Shown here: in pieces, positions 27,108-37,140 of the stretch | How positions within the stretch are numbered: position 1 is the first letter of the stretch | How the letters are laid out: every line of letters starts with the position of its first letter | DNA from: a phage | Reading direction: 5' to 3' (one strand) | DNA length: 64,000 bases | Assembly (NCBI GenBank): GCA_014686905.1 | Contig: GCA_014686905.1_4093.1 | Program-made: the position numbers and the translations under genes | The notes under the pieces: generated by a model | Told to the model about the DNA's origin: nothing | Databases searched by the model: none | What the model saw: only the letters and a program-made list of their open reading frames with translations

Positions 27108-29072
27108 ATGGCTAAGAAAGAAAGTGCTGTTCTACAGGAACATGATGTTCAACGACTTAACGATTATCAACATGCTCGTTTACGTACCGAGATGTATCTT
27201 GGTTCACGTTCAGTTCATGAAAGTCAAGTACTAATATTTGGTGAATCTGGATATGAAGTTAAGAACGTAGAATGGGTTCCTGCAATTCTTACTGCTACAC
27301 GTGAAATTATTGATAACAGCTTAGATGAATTTAAAAAAGCGGGAACCAAAGAACCTGTTTTAAAAGTTGATTTCAATGAAGAAGAATTATCATTTGAAAT
27401 TAGTGATAACGGACGTGGTATTCCAATTGATTATGTACCTGAGTATCAGAAAAACCTTTGTACTATGGTAATGACTGAAACTAAAACAGGTCGTAACTTT
27501 GATGATTCTAAGCGTGACGAAACGATTGGTCAGAATGGTCTGGGTGGTTCAGTTGCGATGATTGTGAGTTCTAAGGCTGAACTAGAAATTCATCGTCAGG
27601 GCCGTCCTTATAAAACACAAAGTAGTAATGATGGTTATGATGGTTTTTATAAGTTCAATCAGAAGTTTGAAGAAGGGACAATTATGTTTCCAGAACTTCA
27701 TGTACACGAACCTACTATTCGTAAAGTACAAACTGATAAAACAGGAACCACTATTCGTTTCACATTGAGTAAAGAAGTTTTCCCAAATAGAAAACTACCT
27801 ACAGAATTACTTTATAGTATTCTGAAAGAAATGGCAGCAGCCAACCCAACTTACAAAATATTCTTGAATGGTAAACGTATTATTATTAAAGGTAATACTG
27901 AAAAGGCATTATTCAATGCACCAAAACTAATGCAGTTGAATGTTAAAGATGACTCATTCAACTTCAACAGTACGTTTTATATCGTACCAAATGCCGTATC
28001 CAATATGAATACTAATTTCCATATGCATGGTCTAGTGAATAACGCACCTGCTTTTGATGGTGGTACACATTTGGATACATTTAAAAAGTTCTTCTCACTA
28101 GGAGTTAGTACTGCATTAGAAAGAGAAGCAAAAAAACGTCGCATGAAACCCAACCGTTCTGATATTGAAGAAGGATTGTTGATTTACAACGTGACGACAA
28201 TGAAAGCTCCATCTTTCAACTCACAAATTAAATCTAAACTAACTAATGAAAATGTCATTCGTCCTATTCAGCAAGCGATGAGTTCTGAATGGTTCGACGA
28301 TTTAGTTAAGAAAAACAAAGAATGGGTTGATGAAATCTTTGAACGTTGTGCAGCACGAACTAACAAGAAAGATGCAGAAGAAGATCGTCGCCTTGCAAAA
28401 AAACTACTGAAAGGTAAAGTAGCAAAACTACTAGACAGTACTGGTACAGATCGTTCACAGTGTATTCTATTGATTGCAGAAGGTGACTCTGCTATTTCCA
28501 ACATGGCAAGTGCTCGTATTCCAAGCATTCATGGTATTCTACCATTACGTGGTAAAATTATGAACGTTAGTGGTTCTGAGAAAACAAAAGAACTAATGGA
28601 TTCGATGGCATTGCATGATATAATGGCTAGTATCAACTTAGTTCCAGGTGTTAAAGCTGAACGTGCAGATCTCAACTACGGTAAGCTTTATATTTGTGCA
28701 GATGAAGATGAGGACGGGAAGAACATTGGTGCACTAGTGTGTAACTTCTTATTCAAATTCTGGCCTGAGTTGTTTCAAGATCCTGAAAATCCATTTGTGT
28801 ATATTTTCAAAACCCCGTTTATCATTCTTGAGAAAGGTAAAGAAACACAATACTTTTATGGTCATAACGTACATGAATATAATCCAGATGATTGGAAAGG
28901 TTGGAAAGCAACCCGTGCAAAAGGATTGGGTACGTTGGAAAAAGCAAACTTCCGTGATGCATTCACTAATAGTGTTGCAGTAGCGATCACTGATGACGGA
29001 CGACTTGGTGAAACTCTTGATTTGATTTTCAACAAGAAGCGTGCTGATGATCGCAAGAACTGGATGGAATAA
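27108..29072 (+). CDS. DNA topoisomerase II large subunit (GyrB-like ATPase plus TOPRIM; T4 gp39/gp60 equivalent in one ORF)
   Basis: GHKL ATPase motifs (EIIDNSLDE, ISDNGRGIP), TOPRIM LLIAEGDSA, acidic CADEDEDG. Confidence 0.9.
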   Translation: MAKKESAVLQEHDVQRLNDYQHARLRTEMYLGSRSVHESQVLIFGESGYEVKNVEWVPAILTATREIIDNSLDEFKKAGTKEPVLKVDFNEEELSFEISDNGRGIPIDYVPEYQKNLCTMVMTETKTGRNFDDSKRDETIGQNGLGGSVAMIVSSKAELEIHRQGRPYKTQSSNDGYDGFYKFNQKFEEGTIMFPELHVHEPTIRKVQTDKTGTTIRFTLSKEVFPNRKLPTELLYSILKEMAAANPTYKIFLNGKRIIIKGNTEKALFNAPKLMQLNVKDDSFNFNSTFYIVPNAVSNMNTNFHMHGLVNNAPAFDGGTHLDTFKKFFSLGVSTALEREAKKRRMKPNRSDIEEGLLIYNVTTMKAPSFNSQIKSKLTNENVIRPIQQAMSSEWFDDLVKKNKEWVDEIFERCAARTNKKDAEEDRRLAKKLLKGKVAKLLDSTGTDRSQCILLIAEGDSAISNMASARIPSIHGILPLRGKIMNVSGSEKTKELMDSMALHDIMASINLVPGVKAERADLNYGKLYICADEDEDGKNIGALVCNFLFKFWPELFQDPENPFVYIFKTPFIILEKGKETQYFYGHNVHEYNPDDWKGWKATRAKGLGTLEKANFRDAFTNSVAVAITDDGRLGETLDLIFNKKRADDRKNWME

Positions 29073-29083
29073 TATAGATTAAT

Positions 29084-29106
29084 GGGGAACATGGTGTTCC
29101 CCTTTT
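29084..29106 (+). terminator. rho-independent terminator between topoisomerase genes
   Basis: GGGGAAC-ATGGT-GTTCCCC-TTTT. Confidence 0.65.
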
Positions 29107-29122
29107 ACAAAGAGACAATGGA

Positions 29123-30535
29123 ATGGCTAAAAGTAAAAAAACAGAAAATCAAAATATCGATAACCAAACAATAACTCTACTAGATTATAACAGTTCTGAT
29201 TATGTGAATACCACATCACTAGAATATTCAATGTATACACTAGACCGTGCTATTCCTGGAATTGATGGACTAAAGAGTTCACAACGAAAAGCAATTTTTA
29301 CACTATCTAAAATTAGTGGAGAAATTAAAACTGTATCATGTGCAGGTAAAATGATTAGTGATGGTATCTATCTTCATGGTGATACCTCGGCATCAGGAAC
29401 GCTTCAGAACCTAGCATCTCCTGTTGCAAACAACTATCCTCTTATTGGCAAGCGTGGTGGATTTGGTACACAAGTAAACAGTACTCCCGCATCTGCTCGT
29501 TATACTTATGTCAAAAAGAATAAAAGTACTGAAATGTTAGTTTTGCGTGATAGTGATATTATTCCAATGAAAGAAAACTATGATGGTACAACATATGAAC
29601 CAGTACACTTCTTGCCTATTATCCCATTGTCATTATTTGGTAATGACAGTATGTCTGTTGGGTATAAAAGTACAATTCTACCACATAAAATTGAAGATAT
29701 TATTGATAACTGTATTCGTGCTATTGATAAAAAACCACTAAAAGAAATGACCCCATATTATGTTTCATGTGGTGCAAGTGATGTTGTGACTAAGCTTGAT
29801 GAAAATAAGTATGAATTTTATGGTAAAGCTGAGGTTATTGATGCAAGCACAGTTAAAGTAACAGGATTACCACCTAATTACAGTATTGAGAAATTCATTG
29901 AAAAACTAATCAAAATGAGTGATGATGGTGAGATTCGTGATTATGACAATGATAGTACTGATGTAATTGATATCACCATTAAACTTCCTCGTGGTACATC
30001 AGCTAAATGGTCAGAAATGGATGTTATTGAGTATTTTGGTATTAACAAAAAAATGACTCAACATTTAACGGTTCTTGGAGAAAATGGTAAAGTAAAAGTT
30101 TACGATACAACAATGGATTTGATTAAAGACTTCGTTGATTTTCGTTTCAAGTATTACATCAAGCGTTATGAAAAGAAACTTGATGATTGTGCGGCTGAGG
30201 TTCGATACAAAATTCTAATTAAGGAATGCTTTGATAATGATATGATTGCTAAGGTGAAAGGGTTTGCAAACCGTGCAGAAATGGTGGAATTTGTTAAATC
30301 ATTAAATGCAGAAATTGAAGCAACTGACGAGAATATTCAAAGCATTGTAAACTTCCCATCATATCGCTGGACACAAGATAATTATCAATCAGTACTACAA
30401 GATATTAAAGATAATCTTGATTTGATGGATAAGTATAATGAACTATTATCTAATCATGACCTAATTTGGGACATTTATAAATCTGAACTTAAAGAACTAA
30501 GAAAGATTGATTTTACTCCTAAATCAGACAATTGA
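29123..30535 (+). CDS. DNA topoisomerase II medium subunit (GyrA-like; T4 gp52 equivalent)
   Basis: SMYTLDRAIPGIDGLKSSQRKAIF resembles GyrA N-terminal motif; adjacent to large subunit. Confidence 0.85.
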   Translation: MAKSKKTENQNIDNQTITLLDYNSSDYVNTTSLEYSMYTLDRAIPGIDGLKSSQRKAIFTLSKISGEIKTVSCAGKMISDGIYLHGDTSASGTLQNLASPVANNYPLIGKRGGFGTQVNSTPASARYTYVKKNKSTEMLVLRDSDIIPMKENYDGTTYEPVHFLPIIPLSLFGNDSMSVGYKSTILPHKIEDIIDNCIRAIDKKPLKEMTPYYVSCGASDVVTKLDENKYEFYGKAEVIDASTVKVTGLPPNYSIEKFIEKLIKMSDDGEIRDYDNDSTDVIDITIKLPRGTSAKWSEMDVIEYFGINKKMTQHLTVLGENGKVKVYDTTMDLIKDFVDFRFKYYIKRYEKKLDDCAAEVRYKILIKECFDNDMIAKVKGFANRAEMVEFVKSLNAEIEATDENIQSIVNFPSYRWTQDNYQSVLQDIKDNLDLMDKYNELLSNHDLIWDIYKSELKELRKIDFTPKSDN

Positions 30536-30545
30536 TATATTTTAT

Positions 30546-30575
30546 GGAAGACCTTACTGGGTCTTCCTTGTCCTT
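30546..30575 (+). terminator. rho-independent terminator
   Basis: GGAAGACC-TTACTG-GGTCTTCC then TTGTCCTTT. Confidence 0.55.
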
Positions 30576-30596
30576 TATATAAATAATCTATAGATA

Positions 30597-33017
30597 ATGG
30601 CAGCTTGGCTATGGAGAATTATAATGACAACTTTTACCCCACGTTGGGATATAAAAGCCGATGCTCGATATATACAAGAAGGACAAGACATTCTTGTGCG
30701 TTTGAGTATCAATAAAGAAAGCACAACGGATGATAGCTATGTATTAAACGAAGATGAATACTTAGAGATGATTCTTAATATACAATGCTTGGATAGTTCA
30801 GGTGCTGTATTTGATCCAGAACCACATTATACTTTTTATGTTGGTAATGACGAAAATAGTTTTATTCCTATTTCAGATGGAACAACTGGTAATAAACTAG
30901 TAAATGGTAAGCATAAGTGTAAGATTAGCAAAACAGAATTTAACTTATCATCAAGTACTAATACTGAAGATGTTTATTTTATAAAAATTCATTGTAAAAA
31001 TGACGGAACATATAATAATACTGAAAATATAAATTTTTATTTACAAGCAGTAAATGTTATGTATTTTGGGAATATTTCACCAAGTGGAGTTTTAGGATTA
31101 ACAGATACTTCAATAACATATGATAGTCAGGAAGTTTGGGTTACACCTGGAGTTGAGATTGGTGATGACAAAAAACTTTATTGTATTGGTGATGTTGAGT
31201 ATGGTTCAAACAGTACATTGTTTGTTCAAGGGTTTGGGAGAAGAAGACCTTTTATACTCGGTACTGACATGACTACCGATATTACCCCTCGTGTATTCTT
31301 TCCTGCATATCGTTTGATTGACATGGATATATCTGAAGTTCCAGATAAACATATTACTAATGATTATGCCGTATTTAAACCAGCACAACCAACATGGCCT
31401 ATTTCTGGCATAAACAAAGAAGTAAAAGTTAATATTCAAAATAGAAATGGTAATTTAATTGATTCAGGTATGGTTTTTAACCCTAATGGACAATTACTAC
31501 AAACATTTTTATATGATTCAGATGCGTGTGATGCATATTTCAAAGTTGAAATTGTTGATATATTAAGTACATACACAGAAGAAAGCGAAAGGTTTGCTAT
31601 CAATCAAAGATATAAGGCATATCAAATGTGGGTTTGTCCTGAAGATATTGACACTATATATTCTATAGCTGACAAACCACTACCGAATCATTTATATCAA
31701 TTAAAAGATAACGTTGTATATCCCTATGTGATTAGTGGTGAGTACGACAATGGGTCAATTAAACCAGTTTATGATAGTAGTGATTGGATTGATTTGGGAT
31801 ATTATGACTCTACTCTTGGTGATAATATCATTGGTATGCAGAAAATGTTCAGGGTTTTGATTAACGCTGAAGAAGGTAATAATATAAACTTTGTTACTGA
31901 TAGTGATTTGGGAACTATACATGTTGGTGAATATTTTGGAGACAGTACCTATCCTAGAATAGAAACTGATAGTTCAAATCAGGTTTCGTATGTTTTGGAT
32001 GGTGGTGATGATATTAGGAAGTATGGAATAGATTTGACACCTGACGGATATCTTGTTGGAACTGCATATGCCAAAAGTATTGACTTTAGTGAAAACGATG
32101 ACATTAAACTATCGTTTTATGTTAAAGCATTTAGTACTGAAGGTGGCGAAGCAAGGAAAATATTTAACCTTAAGATTGTAAGAGGGTTCGGTCAGAATTA
32201 TTTGAGTGCACATGTACTACCGTCTGTTGCATTTGAGCGAGAGTGGTTTAAATGTATCAGTACTTCATCATTTACTAATCAACTTTTTTTCCGTCAATCT
32301 GATAATAGGTATGGTCTTCAGAAAGTTCCTAGGATGTTATTGAAAGAAAACTTTCTAAGTCAAACGTACCCATATACTAATCTTTCGGATATCAAAAAAG
32401 TATTACGAAATAGTATCATTAATCCAAATGGCTCTACTATACCAAATGGAAAATTTAAAATGGTAATGGGTAATTATAAATTGATATCAGCACTTGACAA
32501 TCAAGGCAATTTGCAATATGATTTATTATATAGAGAAGTTTTACCTGAAGGTTCTTTAGTATCTGTATCCAAAAATCCTCGTATGTATACTCAAATAGAT
32601 AATGGTCAGCTTGGTGAACTGTTTGGTCTACGTCAAAATATCTTTCAAGCTATTGGTGAAGACACAACAAACTTGGTAAAAGATCCAACTGATTTACAAA
32701 ATCGTGGTCTATACGTTGATGCTATACCAAGTATCAGCGATGAAATGCTTGATACCGTTCCAAGATTTATGAATCACCCATACATTGAAGATGGTATACA
32801 GAAAAAATTCATGCCTATTATCCCAGTCGCATTTTGTCAGCCAGGTAAAGGTGAAGCATTTTTCAACACTTTACTTCAGAATAATGAACATGGTACAATG
32901 GTAGGTCTAGAGTTTGAAATCACATCTGTCGAATTTGGGTACTTTTCACATGAATCAGTAAATTATGTACCAGATACATTTGTGATTACATTGCAAAACA
33001 ATAACATAGGAGGTTAA
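30597..33017 (+). CDS. large hypothetical protein (806 aa)
   Basis: Long ORF after terminator; no motif recognised. Confidence 0.5.
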   Translation: MAAWLWRIIMTTFTPRWDIKADARYIQEGQDILVRLSINKESTTDDSYVLNEDEYLEMILNIQCLDSSGAVFDPEPHYTFYVGNDENSFIPISDGTTGNKLVNGKHKCKISKTEFNLSSSTNTEDVYFIKIHCKNDGTYNNTENINFYLQAVNVMYFGNISPSGVLGLTDTSITYDSQEVWVTPGVEIGDDKKLYCIGDVEYGSNSTLFVQGFGRRRPFILGTDMTTDITPRVFFPAYRLIDMDISEVPDKHITNDYAVFKPAQPTWPISGINKEVKVNIQNRNGNLIDSGMVFNPNGQLLQTFLYDSDACDAYFKVEIVDILSTYTEESERFAINQRYKAYQMWVCPEDIDTIYSIADKPLPNHLYQLKDNVVYPYVISGEYDNGSIKPVYDSSDWIDLGYYDSTLGDNIIGMQKMFRVLINAEEGNNINFVTDSDLGTIHVGEYFGDSTYPRIETDSSNQVSYVLDGGDDIRKYGIDLTPDGYLVGTAYAKSIDFSENDDIKLSFYVKAFSTEGGEARKIFNLKIVRGFGQNYLSAHVLPSVAFEREWFKCISTSSFTNQLFFRQSDNRYGLQKVPRMLLKENFLSQTYPYTNLSDIKKVLRNSIINPNGSTIPNGKFKMVMGNYKLISALDNQGNLQYDLLYREVLPEGSLVSVSKNPRMYTQIDNGQLGELFGLRQNIFQAIGEDTTNLVKDPTDLQNRGLYVDAIPSISDEMLDTVPRFMNHPYIEDGIQKKFMPIIPVAFCQPGKGEAFFNTLLQNNEHGTMVGLEFEITSVEFGYFSHESVNYVPDTFVITLQNNNIGG

Positions 33018-33018
33018 T

Positions 33019-33330
33019 ATGTTTAATCCGTTTTTTGACCCGTCTGGGATGACGGAGAAAGAACTACAGTTGAAAATTAATGAACAGTCAATGCGTATAA
33101 CTTCAGCCCGTGCCGCTGGTATGAGTGATATGATTATTGGTAATATGCAAACTGTGTTAAATCAATGTTATGCTGAACTAGAACTTCGTCAAGGACAAAA
33201 AGAAAAATCTGTTTATGATGAAGAAGACTCATGTATCTTCGACATGGATTCTTATCTAACTGACAATGAAGAGGCCCAGAAAAAGAAAAATGAAAGTACA
33301 AGGAAACAGATTTATAAGTCCCAATGGTGA
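33019..33330 (+). CDS. hypothetical acidic protein
   Basis: 103-aa ORF; overlaps next ORF by 65 nt. Confidence 0.3.
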   Translation: MFNPFFDPSGMTEKELQLKINEQSMRITSARAAGMSDMIIGNMQTVLNQCYAELELRQGQKEKSVYDEEDSCIFDMDSYLTDNEEAQKKKNESTRKQIYKSQW

Positions 33331-33808
33331 TGTAAAATGTAATCTTAACGCAGTAGTTTATGCAATCAATTGCGGTGCGGATATCCAGTACTTACAATTG
33401 CAGGAAATTGATGAACCTGAAAGGTTGAAATTCAATGATAACTGTAAAAAATTTGGCTTAGAACAACGTATGCTGGATTATACTATCGAGCATGATAAAA
33501 ATCATGAACTTTGGCGTTATGATCCAGTATACGATAATATAAATCTACGTGACTTTTTCTTACAAAAATGTACATCAGATGAAGCACGAAAGCGTGTTGA
33601 GTATGAACTAGATTTATATGAATATTATAATATGACAAAGCTATTAAGATGTATGATATGGCTTGTTGATTATATGGAAGAAAATGAGATCTTTTGGGGT
33701 CTAGGTCGTGGAAGCTCTGTTGCATCATACTGTTTGTTTTTGATTGGACTACATATGGTAGATTCATTGAAGTACGAACTTGATGTTAACGAATTTTTGA
33801 AATGGTAG
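33266..33808 (+). CDS. DnaE palm-like fragment candidate (N-terminal part)
   Basis: C-terminus GLGRGSSVASYCLFLIGLHMVDSLKYELDVNEFLKW resembles Pol III alpha [34 protein letters not shown]; start uncertain. Confidence 0.35.
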   Translation: MKRPRKRKMKVQGNRFISPNGDVKCNLNAVVYAINCGADIQYLQLQEIDEPERLKFNDNCKKFGLEQRMLDYTIEHDKNHELWRYDPVYDNINLRDFFLQKCTSDEARKRVEYELDLYEYYNMTKLLRCMIWLVDYMEENEIFWGLGRGSSVASYCLFLIGLHMVDSLKYELDVNEFLKW

Positions 33809-33826
33809 AAAAACATGTGATATAAT
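33797..33826 (+). promoter_or_regulatory. sigma70-like promoter
   Basis: TTGAAA-18-TGtgaTATAAT; -10 lies within an imperfect inverted repeat. Confidence 0.5.
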
Positions 33827-33871
33827 GTTTATTGTAGGCTTATATCACACATACAATAAAAGGATTTTGAT

Positions 33872-34216
33872 ATGTCTAAACATACAACTTATCGTGGTAC
33901 AACAATTGACATGGATATGCTCAAGTACCAAAATCAACATCAGGTAGCATTAGGTAATGCTAATTTAAACGCACGTGGTGATAAAATCGGTTCAGGTGGA
34001 ACAATTATTAAAACTCGTGAAGAGTTGATTCAAGAAAAAGAACGAGAAATGCAAATTCCTGATTATATCCCTGAACATCAACTTCATAGTACTGAACATG
34101 GTACGGATGAAGTATGGGATGATGAGAGTTTTGAAGTTAAGCCCGAAGAACAAGAAGCTGAGGTTTCTGAAGAGAAGAAAGCACCACGTCGAGCTAGAAC
34201 CAAAGATCAGGAGTAA
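33872..34216 (+). CDS. hypothetical protein
   Basis: 114 aa with acidic C-terminus; promoter upstream. Confidence 0.4.
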   Translation: MSKHTTYRGTTIDMDMLKYQNQHQVALGNANLNARGDKIGSGGTIIKTREELIQEKEREMQIPDYIPEHQLHSTEHGTDEVWDDESFEVKPEEQEAEVSEEKKAPRRARTKDQE

Positions 34217-34224
34217 TATATTAA

Positions 34225-34551
34225 ATGACTAATAAAGTAATGACTGCATGTAAAGGTAAAGTACTGGTAACTGAACTGGAACATGGTGAACGCAAAACAG
34301 CAGGTGGTATCGTTTTAACAAACGATGACGGTAAAATTAGAGGTATTCGTTCTCGCTGGGCAAAAGTTTATTCTGTAGGCGAAGACATTACTGATATTAA
34401 AGAAGGTCAATGGATTTTAATTGATCATGGTCGATGGTCAAGAACTATTGAAGTTGATGGTATTGAATTAAACTTGGTTGATTACCCAGCCGCAGTTAGT
34501 TTAGTTTCAGATGAAGATCCACGAACTAAAATGCTAACCTTTGGTCGTTAA
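34225..34551 (+). CDS. GroES-like co-chaperonin (Cpn10)
   Basis: GKVLVTELEHGERKTAGGIVLT matches GroES DRVIVKR..ETKSAGGIVLT; length 108 aa. Confidence 0.7.
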   Translation: MTNKVMTACKGKVLVTELEHGERKTAGGIVLTNDDGKIRGIRSRWAKVYSVGEDITDIKEGQWILIDHGRWSRTIEVDGIELNLVDYPAAVSLVSDEDPRTKMLTFGR

Positions 34552-34604
34552 TAAAATATAATTAAAGCTCGGATGAATATCTGGGCTTTTTATTTGGACA
34601 GATT

Positions 34605-34877
34605 TTGATGATAACTGATGATGGAAAATTTAGTTTCAAGGATGTAACATTAGTATCTAAAAACGGAAGATTCATGTTTGAAGATAGAAAAAATACCAAA
34701 TATGTATATGAAGTTTCACATGATATGTTTAAAGTTTTATTAGTTGCATCAGCCCAAGCTGAAAGTACTGGGATTAAAAATAAGGCAAATTCTTTTAATT
34801 TTTTATTAAATCAATTGGAAATGACAGAAGAACTTTTCACGGCTTTATTATATAATTCAGCCGATTGGATTCTATAA
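34605..34877 (+). CDS. hypothetical protein
   Basis: 90-aa ORF. Confidence 0.35.
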   Translation: MMITDDGKFSFKDVTLVSKNGRFMFEDRKNTKYVYEVSHDMFKVLLVASAQAESTGIKNKANSFNFLLNQLEMTEELFTALLYNSADWIL

Positions 34878-34900
34878 CACGTACACATAAGGAAATACAA

Positions 34901-35854
34901 ATGACCACACTATGGACTGAAAAATATCGCCCACAATCAATGGAAGATTATGTATCAAAAAACGATGCACTACGCCAGAAAATGGAAGAATGGATTAAGA
35001 CTGGTGACATTCCACATATTGGGTTTTTTGGCCCAGCAGGAACTGGTAAAACATCTGCGATCAAAGTACTAATTAATGGACTAGTTCAAAATGGACACCT
35101 TGATCCAAGTGATGTGACCACGCTTAACATGTCCGATGAAGGCATTGATGCTGTTCGTGACAAAATCGATGCCGCAGCAAAGCTATCATGTTTTGGTAGA
35201 TATCGTATTTTTGTTCTTGAAGAAATGGAGCAGATGAACCACAAAGCACAAGGTAGTTTGAAACGTGTAATGGAAGACTATCATGAAAATGCTCGCTTTA
35301 TTTTAACAAGTAACGAACCACATAAAATTCAAAAACCTATCATTTCTCGTGTTCAAGTTATTACAATCGAAAAGCATGATATGGAACAATTCATGACTCG
35401 AATTTATAATATTCTTCTAGCAGAAGGTGTTGATTTGAGTAGTGATGATAGTGTTGAACAAGTTCAAAAGTATATCAATGCTTCCTATCCTGATTTCCGT
35501 AAAACACTAAACGTATTGCAAAGTTCAGTTGTTGATGGTAAGCTAGTAAAACTTGAAGATAGTATTGAAAATTCAGCAGGGTATCGTACTGCAATTGTTG
35601 AAGCATTAAAGGCAGGAAACATTCGCCAAATGCGTGAACAAATTGTACAAAATATCCCTGATGATGAGATGGATGCATTCTTTTCTTATCTGTATCGTAA
35701 TGCTGAAATGTTCAGTACTGATGAAATCACACTGATGAAGATTAAAGTTAAAATTCGTGATGCAGTTGTTAAGCAAGCAACAGTATCAGACCGTGAAATG
35801 AATCTTAGTGCTTTACTGTGTGAGATTGACCTAATTTGTTCGGGGAACATGTAA
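34901..35854 (+). CDS. clamp-loader ATPase (T4 gp44/RFC-like AAA+)
   Basis: WTEKYRP...FFGPAGTGKTS Walker A, VLEEMEQ Walker B; track ORF 34865 starts TTG, ATG 34901 has AAGGA RBS. Confidence 0.8.
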   Translation: MTTLWTEKYRPQSMEDYVSKNDALRQKMEEWIKTGDIPHIGFFGPAGTGKTSAIKVLINGLVQNGHLDPSDVTTLNMSDEGIDAVRDKIDAAAKLSCFGRYRIFVLEEMEQMNHKAQGSLKRVMEDYHENARFILTSNEPHKIQKPIISRVQVITIEKHDMEQFMTRIYNILLAEGVDLSSDDSVEQVQKYINASYPDFRKTLNVLQSSVVDGKLVKLEDSIENSAGYRTAIVEALKAGNIRQMREQIVQNIPDDEMDAFFSYLYRNAEMFSTDEITLMKIKVKIRDAVVKQATVSDREMNLSALLCEIDLICSGNM

Positions 35855-36480
35855 TGAAACCACGTTGTATAGTTTTTGATTGTGATGAAGTTCTATTGGA
35901 CCATATGGGTATGCTTTCTGAGTTTGTAAAACAAACTTATAATATCACACCATCAACACCATACCCATTAGAATATGATTTATCAGACTGGTTGGGTGTT
36001 CCTCAACCTGAAGTTAAAAAGATTCTTGAACAGTTCAACCAACAATCATATTTGTTTGGGTTGTTAAAGCCAGTCGAACCAAATACAGTTGATATTGTAC
36101 AAGAGCTACGTGATCGTTTTCATAAAGAAAAATTCGTAGTACTCACAAAATGTGGTAAAAAAGGCTATGGTGAAGTTTTACGAAATGTAAATCTAATGCG
36201 TGAATTTGGTGAAAACTGCTTTGATGAGATTATTATCATAGAAATGAATGAATCAAAGAAAGAAGCATTAGAGGATTTACAAACACGATATGATGTAAAA
36301 CTAATGATTGATGATTATATCAATAATATTGAAACTGCTATGGGTCTTGGTATTCCATCAGTTATGATGGGATGTTCTCATAATACTATGTATAAGAATC
36401 ATAGTGGTTTTGAATATATCGAAAACTGGACAGAACTTAGACTGAAAATTTATTCAGTACTAGGTAAATATTACAAATAA
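35854..36480 (+). CDS. HAD-superfamily phosphatase-like protein (possible deoxyribonucleotidase)
   Basis: N-terminal CIVFDCDEVLLDH fits HAD motif I DxDx(T/V); ATG overlaps upstream stop (TAATG). Confidence 0.45.
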   Translation: MKPRCIVFDCDEVLLDHMGMLSEFVKQTYNITPSTPYPLEYDLSDWLGVPQPEVKKILEQFNQQSYLFGLLKPVEPNTVDIVQELRDRFHKEKFVVLTKCGKKGYGEVLRNVNLMREFGENCFDEIIIIEMNESKKEALEDLQTRYDVKLMIDDYINNIETAMGLGIPSVMMGCSHNTMYKNHSGFEYIENWTELRLKIYSVLGKYYK

Positions 36481-36492
36481 AACTTTTAAATT

Positions 36493-36517
36493 GGGGTTTG
36501 ATTCAAACCCCTTTTGT
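36493..36517 (+). terminator. rho-independent terminator
   Basis: GGGGTTT-GATTC-AAACCCC-TTTT. Confidence 0.65.
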
Positions 36518-36576
36518 TGTATTTTAAAAGTAGTAAATAGTATTATATGTGCTAGTTTTTAAGGATAATATAAAAT

Positions 36577-37140
36577 ATGGACGATTTAGATTATACAGAT
36601 AATGCTATTCAGCAGTTGTATGATAACAGTGGTATGTTAGATATACTTCTTGCTGTAGAGAAATATTTCGATGATAATGATTTATATGCGTATAAAGGAA
36701 TTATTGAGGGTGAGTTGGTAGAGGGGCCAATTGTAAGTAAGTATTGGTGTACTGTAACTTTTAAATACTATCGTGAAAACTTCCCTGATCCGACAGCATT
36801 CTCTATTTTGGAGAAGCATGGTACTAAAGTATATGTTAAAGCTGATTATGAAATAACTCCTATCAAAGAACCTAATCGACAAGCTGATATGAAAAGTGTT
36901 GCGACACAATCAGGATCGGTACGTATACCAAAAAATGAAAGAATACCAGTACTATTGGTTAGAGTGCAGATTCCACGAAACTTGATTAATCCAGAAAGTT
37001 TTGATGAATATAAACTAATGGCAGCAGAATTCAATAGTAATCCAATGAATTCTCCTGAGAATATTGAAGAACCTGTAACTGGTGATGATGTGGATTTAGA
37101 TGTAGAAGTAACGGATGAGACACAAGAAGGTGGAATGTAA
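36577..37140 (+). CDS. hypothetical protein with acidic C-terminal tail
   Basis: 187 aa ending EEPVTGDDVDLDVEVTDETQEGGM. Confidence 0.4.
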   Translation: MDDLDYTDNAIQQLYDNSGMLDILLAVEKYFDDNDLYAYKGIIEGELVEGPIVSKYWCTVTFKYYRENFPDPTAFSILEKHGTKVYVKADYEITPIKEPNRQADMKSVATQSGSVRIPKNERIPVLLVRVQIPRNLINPESFDEYKLMAAEFNSNPMNSPENIEEPVTGDDVDLDVEVTDETQEGGM

